Assembly: GCA_002633005.1 (NCBI GenBank)
Contig: NMRA01000079.1
Span: forward strand, 305,798 to 369,797
Origin: Phoronis australis
Lineage: Eukaryota; Animalia; Phoronida
DNA length: 64,000 bases
Direction: 5' to 3'
The translations under genes and the position numbers were made by a program. Within the stretch, counting starts at the first letter, position 1. The number at the start of each line of letters is the position of its first letter. Below, piece after piece: positions 51,101-62,129 of this stretch. Below the pieces are notes generated by a model. That model searched no databases and was not told where the DNA came from. It was given only the letters and a program-made list of their open reading frames with translations.

Positions 51101-53328
51101 AAATTCTCTAGATTGGGAGAGTGAAAATAAATCATTCAGCTCAAGGTCAGAGCTTGTGCCAAATTTTAGAAATTGGCAAGATTGGCCACCCAAAATTCAA
51201 GAATTACAATAAAAAACAAACGTGATTATTCACCTCAATCTTCCACACTGTGTCGATGCATGAAGACATTGTCTCCATGACTATTTCTGATCATTTTACA
51301 AATTGTCAAGAAGTCTATTTTCAACGCAGTGTCAGATATTTAAGAAATATGATGAAAGCTTAAATCGCTCATGTCCCAAACTTTACAATCAAGAAAATTC
51401 GATTTGAATTACAGTGTCCCAAATTTTAGAGACAGTCCCAAACTGGAGAATATTTACCATAAGTGACTTGCAACCCAGCTGAATATAATTATGCAAGACA
51501 GAACCCCAACTACAAATTCTTGTGTCTTCAGAAGTATTGAGTGAGTCTTGTCAATTCAATCATACCATAACCGCCATCATGGAGTGTTACTACCCAGCAT
51601 CACAGTAATTACTGGGCACGGATAAATGGTTAACGTCGGCCATTTTTACCACATAATTCCTCAAAAGATTTAGCAACATTCACACCATTTTCCATTCACC
51701 AAATAATCGCAGAGATAAAAGATTGGTCACAAAATTTCATTTTCACTATCATATTAAACTTTTAAACAAGTCACCAATCAGCATGGGCACATTTTGAGGC
51801 CTGCACATCTATATGCAAACCTGCTCCTATATCCTAAGTTAAGCACATGAACCTATGCAAAATAAAGGAAAACAAAGGAGCAAAATTTTAAAATAGCTTG
51901 CAAATGAGAACCAATTTCACCACAATTACACAATGCTTAGAAATTTAAAAATACAAATAAAAAGTACTAAAAATTGACAAAAGACTACAAAAACACACAG
52001 TTAATAACCCACCTCTGCTGGCTACAAATGAAGTCTGGTCACTAGTTGTGGACAGGTCAGCTGGGGTCAACAGTTCTGGTTTTGGTAATGACACTCTTGA
52101 CTCACTCACTGAACACTGGCAAATGATCTGTGCACTCGCCCAGGCCAGAGTCTCTGGACTATGACAATAAATAACTATATGGAAGCATGACACTGGCACA
52201 GGACAAACAGAATAATCAAAATTGCGTACCTAATTCTCCTGCATATGACAATGATTTTGGAGACAATTAGAATCTCGTGTAAAAAAGAACCCGAATGAAT
52301 ATGGTGACTTTCAGTAGTTTCGCACTAAAATAATTGTGAAAATCATCATTTTTGGATTGTTCAAAGGTTGATTGCCTTAATAAAAATAATGGAAACTATA
52401 CAGAGCAAATTAAGCAAAACTTTGGACAAAAGATTTTTTAATCTTTGTTTTTGTTAAGAAATTTGACAAAATAAATTTTCACTTCCCTCTCACATAGTGT
52501 ATTAAATGGGAAAAAATATTACAGAAAAAACCTGTAATTTACCACCTGTATATATGACAAAATTACCACAGAATGTTTTAGGTAAAAGGTAGTATGCGAA
52601 ATGGGTAAAATGATATTTGATAAGACTGGTATGAAGGGGATGGTATTAAATCCATCAAGGAACAGCTAAGCTGGGGGGAGATAGTAGACATTTTATGTTT
52701 TAACTAAATTTCCATTTAATCCATTTACCAGCAGTAAAATAACAACCAAACTGTTCTATATTAATATAAGCTGTGATATCTGGAGTCTCATGGAAAGTCA
52801 CAAAAGACTTAAGACTGAAATTTGGTCCTGTCCTCCCACTTCACAATTGCCAAATAAAGATTTTTACCAAGAAGTACTACTAAATATGAAAAAGTCAGTC
52901 TAGTAATAATTTAGTATTTAGCAGTGTTGAAAGTATATTCTAAGAATCTTTGCTTAAATGAGACTTAAATTTTTTTAGAAATAGTTGATTGGAGCATAAG
53001 GTCAAATTTCTGACTTGAATCTTAAAGTCACTTTTCATGATAAACACCCACCCCTGGGCTTGGAAAGAGCTGAGAATTCATTATTGCTCAAGACCAGCTC
53101 TACAATCTACAGCGGGGTCATTTTGTGTACCGAGCATGGTCTCGATCAGAAATTGTCAGTTTTTCCTTGCACAGAAACCACGAACTTCTCGTCTAAGAAA
53201 GCTTCAAGAAGTTACCTTCTTTTGACAGTGCCCACCGTGGGTTGCGTGTTTGTGAACGTAACTGTGCACTCAATCTCCTCACCAGCCAGGTAAACAGGGC
53301 CTCGCTCAAGATAAGCAGTCACCTCCAT
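45119..53328 (-). CDS. RGP1: RAB6A-GEF complex partner protein 2 (RGP1), 387 aa; exons 53328-53216, 52158-52013, 51018-50935, 50040-49891, 49328-49188, 48062-47935, 46858-46681, 45342-45119
   Basis: Eight in-phase GT-AG exons (1164 nt): [84 protein letters not shown], match recalled human RGP1. Confidence 0.95.
51085..51480 (+). mobile_element. Non-autonomous DNA element family (second copy ~59345-59722)
   Basis: Shared cagagcttgt.ccaaattttaga and aattc.atttgaatt.cagt.tcccaaattttagagac blocks; boundaries approximate. Confidence 0.6.
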
Positions 53329-53985
53329 GTCTACAAGACAGTTGTTTTTAATTAAAATTAATTCCTCGATGGATACACATGAAAACAAAACAATGTACGA
53401 ACAAAAACGATGCTTACAGCTGGCATATTTATTAATTTACCATTTGTAGATTTTCCGATACCAACTGTAAAGCATTTTTTAACTTTACATCACTTTTGTA
53501 AGTTTCAAAGGTCTGACATTTCGGCATGTTGAAGTCATTGGAGTTTAAAAATATCAAAATTATCACATGCTGCTGAATGACAGGTAACTCAAATCACAGG
53601 CAACGCAAGTATACCATATTTTTGAATACACAATTTTAGGGTTGGCCAGTTACCTCAATAAACACTGAATCCTTTTTCGAGTTGCTGACAGTTCCAATAT
53701 TCTTCTTAGTAATGGAAATCAAGTTCTATCCTGGTATGAATAATATGAGACTGATTTTACGAGCTATAGTGGCTCAATTAAATTTTGTTTTCTCGGCAGC
53801 TAAACACTAAGGAAATGCAGTTTTAGACATCAATTATCTTTTCCTTGCATCACTGTACATTTATTTAACAAACATAACTGAAATTACTAAGATCACTGGA
53901 TGTCTGTGGTACAGCAAGTACAAATTATGGGTCCCTCTTAAGAATATGCAAGACCTCACACAAATGCCAAATTTAGCTTACTTTA

Positions 53986-54120
53986 CAGGGCTCGACATAA
54001 CGAGCTGCAGGTCGCATTTGCGACCTGAAATTTGGAAATGCGAGCTGAGATTTTTGTCAGCTCGTGTCAAGTCGCAAAATGCGACCTGGAAATTCCAACG
54101 AATGCGAGCTGAGTTTTTAC
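53986..54120 (+). mobile_element. Probable hAT-type transposon end
   Basis: Starts CAGGGCTCGAC; subterminal palindrome caggtcgcatttgcgacctg and repeated atgcgacctg/atgcgagctg; partner TIR not found. Confidence 0.45.
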
Positions 54121-54634
54121 ACTTCTCAACAGATACCTGGCAAAAACAAAGCAGCTCTTGTTAACCCGACCGTTATTTGGTTGTTGCCAAATNCGTGGTC
54201 TGGTCGAGAGTCCGTTTGAAGATACACTCTAACAAGTTATGTCTATACAAGGAATGACCAAGGGGGGGACTCACATTGACAAAGTGACCGCATTCGCAAA
54301 CAGTGTACAGTACCAGAAATTGCGGAGACGCTGTTCTTTCACAATAATGTCTTGCGGGACTCGTGCGATGTTCAATAGGCCTCCTAAGGAGCCCTAGTTC
54401 CGACCTCAACACCTACTGTCTTTCTACCTGCAATAAACACACTGCCGTCTTCTATACTTGGAATTTCCGCAGAAAGGCCCACCCAATGAAACGCTCATGC
54501 CCATGACGTTAGTACTTCGGGTTTCAAGCGTTCAGACATTGCGACGTTTATTTCGAAAATTGCAAGAGATGCAAATAGGTCCCAGGATACATCGTCAAGG
54601 TTTGAAGTAGTCCATGATAAACGGATAAAATTTA

Positions 54635-54870
54635 GTTGTGCATGTAAGTCTTTTGAATGGACTTGGCAACCTCAAGGGTCTTAGTGCCAACTGAGCTGCG
54701 AAATGAGATGCTGACATTGTAGGGGCTTACAAGCTCATTGACACAGCAGTTGACAAAGTGCAAGCGTTGGGAACAAACATCGAAGATATCTGGGTAGAAT
54801 GGTTCCAAGACGAGCAAACCATTGGATCTGATATAGATTCCTCGACAGTCTTGACAACAGAAGGATAGGA
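54635..54870 (+). mobile_element. hAT transposase remnant (ZMYM1/PRKRIR-like) upstream of the first RGP1 coding exon
   Basis: Plus frame LKGLSAN*AAK*DADIVGAYKLIDTAVDKVQALGTNIEDIWVEWFQD resembles hAT LS..LQ..D.DI..AY..I......L...R.NI....W; in-frame stops. Confidence 0.6.
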
Positions 54871-55299
54871 CTAACGTATGAGTAAGCACTGGGGATTAAA
54901 AAGTGTCTAGAACACATTTCAGAAGTAATCCCAGTCAGAACTGGTTGGATGCAGCCTTTCCCTGATTTAGAGAGTTAGACTAAACTAGTAGTAGTAGAGG
55001 CTAGTGTCAGTGGTCGTGAGCAACCCAGTCATTTCCACCGACTGTTCGACATCTGAATAACCAGCAGTTATTGCCTGGTTTTCAAAATCAGGGACCACTA
55101 TGTCCGACCAGTGCCACTACAGTTTTACCTGAAAACCATGTGAGTATACAGCACAGTTATAGTCAATCTGGAAAGAGAATACAATACATATTCACTTGGT
55201 ACTCTCCACCACACGAATTTGGGGCAAATAAAGCGGAAGTGCTCACTTTGTGAAGAACGTCATGAAGGTAGTATTTGTTACATCAGTAGCAGACGACAA

Positions 55300-55495
55300 T
55301 AATTATTACCTAAGAAAGTTGACATATTTCAGTTTGTGTGACAAATGATAATTTGGTTTACGTTCAACAATTCCAGAAATGGTTGTAGTTTCAATGACAT
55401 TTTACCACAGACACCAAAACGTTACAAATTACGTCATCATTTTCTGTGTTTATGTGATCGTAGCGACACACATTGGAAGCTGTCACAGTCTGGAA
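55300..55495. promoter_or_regulatory. Probable bidirectional promoter RGP1/GBA2
   Basis: Divergent genes; candidate RGP1 5'UTR donor (TAG|gtaata, minus, ~55309); CRE-like ttacgtca at ~55429. Confidence 0.5.
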
Positions 55496-57396
55496 ATGGC
55501 GACCGCTGTAGACGAGTTCGACAGGTTGGGTGAAAACGTCGAACACATTCCTGGCGTTCCTGACTATGGGTTAAGACTTAAACTGAATCACAAGTTCCCC
55601 GAAAAATGTTCTGCCTTTTGTTTTCCGCGGATGACGCAAATGCTACACCATTTAACCTTCAGCATGCGGTGAGTTTCATGACAGCTTTTCAACCTTTAGT
55701 TTTGGCGATTCGTAAACATGCCTGGTCAGCTGACGAGAAAAAACAATGCAATGAAGGAACAAAACGCGCAAACAATGAATGGAGCGAAGGCCGTGACAAG
55801 CAAACACCTGTCAAAGCATGTTGTCTGGAAGGCAGATACTTGTTTGCCTAGAATACAACCAAAACTGTTTGATTAAGTGTGTTAAGACTTTCCTGAGACC
55901 TGGACACATTACGCTATTACGGATATTATCTGCAGTAGTGTACAGTGATGTTGGGAGTGTGTCTGCGCCTGTTAAAAGTAACACTGGCTTACTTACAGCA
56001 TTTTGCACAGAAGTTTAGAATTGATTTACTTTGAATTCCAGCTTCATTCATGCAAAGACGTTAATTTCAGTTAAATTTTACAGTGCTCTAAAACTATTTC
56101 TATCACACAAGCCTATTTATTTGTGGAACGATACGTCTCTTGGAAAAATTTCCTCTTTTTTGTCATTGGTCATTCCAAGCCGTGCCAGACCAGCATTACA
56201 GTGGGATGTACACTTGCTGCACCACACAAAGGTTACAATAACATTTGTTTTTCATGGTCTACTTGGTTAGTGCTCAAGGTATTCCAAATTGGTTTGAAGG
56301 ATTGTGCTGTGTCATTTTGACTGTGAATAAACAGACTGTCAAGCAGCCCTTATAGTGGCGTTATCGCTGGGGAAGTGATTTCCCCAGAGTGCAGATTTGA
56401 TCCCACAATCCCCCGTAGTGGACCTAAACCCCATTCAATAAATGTCGGAGAATATTAACCGATTTGAAGCCCAAAGTGATTTTAAATCAATTCGAAATCT
56501 TTGGTGTAAACGGACATGAAATCTTAATTATACTCATTCCCGTTTGGCTAAAGTTGTGTTCCAAATTTTTCAAGTGACTGTCTTCTTACAGACAGCCACT
56601 ACTGACAGTACAATCACATTAACGTACTGTATCAATTCTCATTAAGGAAATGATTCAGTTGTAGGATGTACTTCCCTGTTTGTTCCAGGGTTGTTAATGG
56701 CCTTCTCTTGAAATCTACATTTGTTATCTCATTCTTATCAGTTAATGAAAATCGAGTCAAAGGTCATCTCAAAGATCTCAAATTGATGAGTTAAGAGTCT
56801 TTTTTTAGAGTTCAAAATGTTAATTTTTTGTCTTAAAATGTTAATTTTTTTGCCTTAAAATGTGTGACATCCAGGTACCTTTGCCAAGTCTATTTTTAAA
56901 CCTAATATAAGGTCAGGCAGAAAAAGAAATAAATGATTCGAGAAGAATTGTGGTGTTATTCAGAACTTTGTTTCTGGAAAAAATGTTGCTTTAAGTCATT
57001 ATCTGAAGGATCAGAGAAGTATTCAGAAATGTACCTTAGAAAAGATCCCTTGCTTTGCACAGTGACGGTTCTTAGAAATGTTATGTTTTGCCTGCCATTT
57101 TGAAACAGGATATTAAATTTTTAATATGTTATGTCTAAGAATTTGGAAATGCTTGCACTTGGAAGTTTGCTCTTGTCTTGGAAAATCAGTTTGGTAACAT
57201 TAACGTGCCGAATTCAGGAAACAATCGTAAACAATGGATTTTTACTGTTTTATCATTGAAATATCAAGTGCCTTGCAGAAGGAAAGTGTTGTCTTAATTT
57301 TTTTTAGATACCTTGTCTATTATGCCAAAAAGAGACGGGAAGGGAAGCGCGTGATAATGGACGCAATAGAGACTATTCCATACACACCTATTTATG
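55496..57396 (+). CDS. GBA2: Non-lysosomal glucosylceramidase GBA2 (GH116), first two coding exons (55496-55668, 57308-57396); continues beyond window
   Basis: GVPDYGLRLKLNHKFPEK...MR|YLVYYAKKRREGKRVIMDAIETIPYTPIYG matches recalled human VPPFGWRICLAHEFTEK...LRYLQWWYRK...FIDMINSVPLRQIYG; phases consistent. The expected next exon (xPLGGIG) was not found in the window. Confidence 0.85.
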
Positions 57397-57400
57397 GTAA

Positions 57401-57594
57401 GTCAACACTGGCTCTACTGTAATAGATCTGTCTTCACTTGTCAACGCTGGCTCTACTGTAATAGATCTGTCTTCACTTGTCAACGCTGGCTCTACTGTAA
57501 TAGATCTGTCTTCACTTGTCAACGCTGGCTCTACTGTAATAGATCTGTCTTCACTTGTCAACACTGGCTCTACTGTAATCTGTCTTCACTTGTC
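57401..57594. repeat. Minisatellite, 39 bp x ~5
   Basis: gtcaac(a/g)ctggctctactgtaatagatctgtcttcactt at 57401, 57440, 57479, 57518, 57557. Confidence 0.95.
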
Positions 57595-57980
57595 TACAAA
57601 AGTAATTGCCGTAATTTGTATTTGTTCATTTTTCAAAGGTCAATTATATTGCAAATTAAGATGCTCAAAATTTACCAAAGTTTGATGGCTGATCAGTGCA
57701 CACGATGTGCTATTATTAAAGTTATGATTTTCCCTTTAATTGGTTCAGTTGAGAAATTTGACAAAGTAACATCCCACGTTTCCACCACGTTGTGTTTCGA
57801 ATTGAAAAGTATTAATCGGCTTTAAAGCCATTAAACAGTGGAGATCATGGTCATGCAGGAATAACCCCATCTAGTGTGTAAGCAGAGAACCAGCTTATTT
57901 CCCTCTGTCTGGCTGCTACATGTTTTACTTTCGAGGCATTCTATGAAGCCCTGTATATACACTCTGATTTTTTGTGTATG

Positions 57981-58111
57981 ACTTTGAATATACAATTTTG
58001 TATTTGAACCAGTGTATGAACACTTTGAATATACAATTTTGTATTTGAACCAGTGTCTGAACACTTTGAATATACAATTTTGTATGTGAACCATTGTCTG
58101 AACACTTTGAA
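57981..58111. repeat. Minisatellite, 41 bp x ~3
   Basis: actttgaatatacaattttgtatttgaaccagtgt(a/c)tgaac at 57981, 58022, 58063. Confidence 0.9.
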
Positions 58112-59344
58112 ATTTTATGATTTCTCATTCAGATTACTCTGTTTTTGAAAATAGAAAGTTGGGGCATCTGAATTTTGGCTCCGGCTTTCTGAGAACAAAT
58201 TGAGGAGGCGTGGTTTTAAATTTGGGAAGGAATGAATTGAAACTGGTATTATAGCTTAAGCCATAATCTGTTTTCATTTTTGAATATCTTGAGCATTTGT
58301 GAAAAGTACGTAAACCAACAAAACACGAAATAGTAAATATGGTTCTACTGTGAAATTAAGGATAGGTGGTGCAATAACATCTGGTTGTGATAGTGGTGTA
58401 TTGATTTATAATTTACAGTCGCATAAATAAAATCTCAATAAATGTTACGGTTGAGTTGCTGTCACAAACATGCGTGTAAGAATTAACGGAAGATTAAATT
58501 TTGTAAAAGGAACAAATGAATCCTCTTTATGTTTTTGAAACAGATAGACATTACTGTGCAAACATCTCATTAGAAATAGGAAGTTAATGATGTGTTGTGA
58601 TACACTACATGAGGCATAACAGTATGAGGCTTTCTATCATAACAGTTATTGTAGACATGTTCTGTCTAATTAGATGACTCACATTTCAATTTGCTATGCA
58701 CATACATGGAGCTCATGTTGGCTGCAAAAGAATCCCTCGGGAAGCGTTAGGTGAATATCCAACACGTATGATATCTGTAACCAAGCACAAGGCCATATCA
58801 TGAACTGTGTACCTGTGGAGTGAGCTATGTACTCATTTGCTAAACTTAGCTCACCACGTCATCATAAAGGGACCTTCAAAAGCATGCTTTTATGAAAAGA
58901 CGTTATGAGGACATTATTTGTCTTCAATTCAAGTTGTCAGATTATATATACTAGTAATTGAACTGACTAGCCCTACTTGCAACATTCACTGAGCCCTTTT
59001 CTAATGTTGCATGTTGCAGTGCTCAGTCATGTATATAGGAAATTGACACATCACCGTACTTTGGTCTTAATCCTTTAGTAGTAAGTCATCATTAACCAGC
59101 TTCTCTGAATGAGTTTTTATTTAATTTCTTTGAGGCCCTAGTTTCATTCCTACCCTATCACATGAACATATAATTGAATGAAGTCTTAATCACACTGGCT
59201 ACGAATTAATGAATGTTATTAATAAACTGTATCACTACGGTGGTTTAGTCAGCCCCTTGTCGAGTTCTGCTATTGATCTGCGTTGATAGTAGGTCTGGCT
59301 CAGATCTATGTCAACTAACTTAGCTGTTAATGTAACATGTTGGC

Positions 59345-59722
59345 TGGGTTGTGTGATTGCAGTGCAAATTCTTCCGTTTGGGATGGAAAATTATCATTTT
59401 GGTCGAGGCCAGAGCTTGTACCAAATTTTAGATTTAATCAATAATGGTTGTCATAGTTGATGAATAATGATAAAGGATCATTCAGCATGTTGTTGCACAT
59501 TATGCCGTCGCCTGAAAATGTTGCACCTATTTTCGATGATTTTACGAACTGCCAAGTCTGTTTTGAGATTATATTAATACAAAAAAATACTCTGAACGTC
59601 AGCAGAGTCACCCATGTTCCAATCTTCGGAATCACGAAAATTCAAATTTGAATTTCAGTCTCCCAAATTTTAGAGACTTGCTCTGAATGGGAAAATTTTT
59701 ATCATTGGTTTTGTAGGACCCT
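59345..59722 (+). mobile_element. Non-autonomous DNA element (family of 51085-51480)
   Basis: Shared sequence blocks with 51085-51480. Confidence 0.55.
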
Positions 59723-59739
59723 AGGAAAATTGAAATAGT

Positions 59740-60060
59740 GCAGCGACAATCTGTATTAGATACTGCAATACTTCCTTAGTAAGTGAAATCATTGAATCAT
59801 TAAATTGGCAAACCCTAAAACACAGCCACAACTTCTCCAAACTTTCTATTTTCTATAAAATTGTCCATCAGACCACCACCATTCCTGTTACCTGTATCCC
59901 TCTATCAGTACTCCTACAGGTAGATGCCACAGTACTGTATATACTTCATCATGACACCTTAGTGTCACGTCAGATACCTGAGAACTCTGTCTTCCACTCT
60001 ACAACAGTCCTCTGGAACAAACTACCTGCCCACTTCGTTGGTACTGCCTCTGGATCACTT
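59740..60060 (+). mobile_element. CR1/L2-like LINE 3' end fragment
   Basis: Degenerate SLNWQTL...FYKIVH...NSVFHSTTVLWNKLP, typical of the ORF2 tail (L.W..L..RR..FYKI...SFFP.T...WN.LP). Confidence 0.65.
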
Positions 60061-60357
60061 CCAGAGAGCCCTCATCTCATGTTAGACATCACTGCACTTA
60101 ATTGCACAATGATGACTTAAGACTTAACACAGTAATTTGATGTTATGCTTTAAACAACTATTTCTGAAAAATAATGAAATCTCAGAAAGTGCAAAATCTC
60201 CTCATAAATATACACATATCTGCTAATTACTGAAACAATTCTTATAAATCATTTCTAGACTGTGATGCACTTGTAATTAATTAACTAAATTTTTATTCAA
60301 TAATTGTGAAATAGAAGCGTAAGACCAAATTTCTGTCTTAAGTCTTAAGGATCTCTT

Positions 60358-60603
60358 GGAGGAAGCAGTGTGGCCTGGTTGATAAGTGCCTGCTTTCTTT
60401 ACTCAAGGTCGTGGGTTCAAGTCCCACCAGGTCACACTACTAAACCCTTGAGCCAGGTTTCTAGCTCCTCAGCTCGGTTTTAACCATATATCAATAAAGC
60501 ATAAAAATATTTCCAGGTGATCAGTGCAATGGGCCCTTATGCGAGGCCTGCGCACGTCTGATACAACGTGTATCAGACCGCCTGCAATTATTTTTTATTA
60601 TTA
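60358..60603 (+). mobile_element. tRNA-derived SINE (copy 2) with 10-bp target site duplication
   Basis: A-box tggcctggttg, B-box ggttcaagtcc, (TTA)n tail; taaggatctc at 60346-60355 and 60604-60613. Confidence 0.88.
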
Positions 60604-61256
60604 TAAGGATCTCCCCAACCTCATTAACAAGAATTGGCCATTTTTACGATATTTCACATGTCTAGCAAAATACCTTATCTTCATTCTTCAAATACAAAAT
60701 ATATACAGTGAAGCGAGAAAAAAAGATTTAGCAAAACCACCTAGGAACCGCACAACCATGTGGAAATGTGTTTTTGGCTTATCCGAGGTCAAAGATTACA
60801 GGGTTACAGAACGAATGCTCTGAGTCACCTCTCGCCTCTGTAACTTTGTGAAAAGAGATAAATCCTCGTCCATGTTCGTTAATTCAGGTAATTTGACATT
60901 GCTCTTTTTCGATCTCATGCTCACGATGTGCTTCAACCACCGACTTGATTTTTGTTATCCATTTCATACTTGGTTTCACATCTGTCGCCTGGCGCGTGGT
61001 TTGTTCAACAATTAATTGTTGACCTACTTTTATAAGTAACAAAATTAACATTTTAGTGATAATTAAGTTAATTATGCTCTGCAAATTCAGTTGACATTGT
61101 TAGTGAACGTTGAAGTAGCAAACATGATTTTGGCATGTATAGGTTATATTGACTGAAAACAAATTTTTATCGAATAATTAAATGAAGACTTTCAGATTTT
61201 CATGTCCCAACTTAATCGACTTTTTCTCAGCTTTGGCAAATCGAGTCAATTTGAAC

Positions 61257-61760
61257 CAGGGCTTGGAATTTTCCGCGGAAACGCGGATTTCCGCTTTTTT
61301 CAAATGTGCTTTCCGCTTTTTTTATAATATTTCCGCATAAAAAAATCGGATTTGATATAAAATTTCCGCGGCAAATTCCTTTCTTACCGCGGCGTTGCAG
61401 ACGACGTTCACCTCGAAAAGCGGAAGTTGCTCTTTATGTTCGGAGGAACGTAAATTGTCAACATTGCCGGGGCATCTGGGATAGCGTGGTGTGATTTTCA
61501 ATGGCGTCTCGTGTTATTGTTAAGCGCGGCGACAAATACTACCGCTCTGCAGCCAAAAATGTGTGGGTTGGGAGTAGACGGGCGAGCTAAAGGACGCAGA
61601 CGCATGCTACTGATGGTGGTAACGTTTTTTTTAGTCCTCCCGATTTTTTGTTGGGGAAAGGTTCACATTGACCAGTTCTAGGCTGGTTATCGGGCGATGA
61701 TTTGGGCCGTAAAAGTTTCAAAGTTTCCGCGTTTTTTGTCATTGGTCATTCCAAGCCCTG
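61257..61760. mobile_element. Non-autonomous hAT-like element with 13-bp TIRs and 6-bp TSD
   Basis: ttgaac|CAGGGCTTGGAAT ... ATTCCAAGCCCTG|ttgaac; multiple subterminal ttccgc/gcggaa repeats. Confidence 0.85.
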
Positions 61761-62035
61761 TTGAACTTAGGAATTCTCGAAAACGGCTTGGTGGATTTCG
61801 TTTAAACTTTCGAAACATACCTTTCGTTTTGCGAGTTAATTTGTCGTAGAAACCAAACTATGAGACTAATCCAAAATTCCTAGCAGCGTTTTTGAGGTAA
61901 CTGGTGAAGTTTTCATTCAAAGGGTTTCATTAAAATAGACCGAGGTGTTATTTTTTGTGAATGTATCTTTCTTAAAAATAAAATTTTGACTTAAGAAAGG
62001 TGTTAATGTAGTAATAATAATGGCGCATAAGTAGA

Positions 62036-62129
62036 GAATCCTACACGAGTCTCATATTTATAACATGGGCAAAACCTCTCCCCCAAGAGGTTTGCCCATG
62101 TCATAAATCTGAGACAAGTGTAGCATTTG
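62036..62129. repeat. Long imperfect palindrome (~45 bp arms, very short loop)
   Basis: ctacacgagtctcatatttataacatgggcaaaacctct...agaggtttgcccatgtcataaatctgagacaagtgtag. Confidence 0.85.

Noticed and set aside
57394-57825. 143-aa ORF with CQRWLYCNRSVFT repeats / possible CRISPR-like array
   Set aside because: By-product of a 39-bp tandem repeat with no unique spacers, in eukaryotic intron context.
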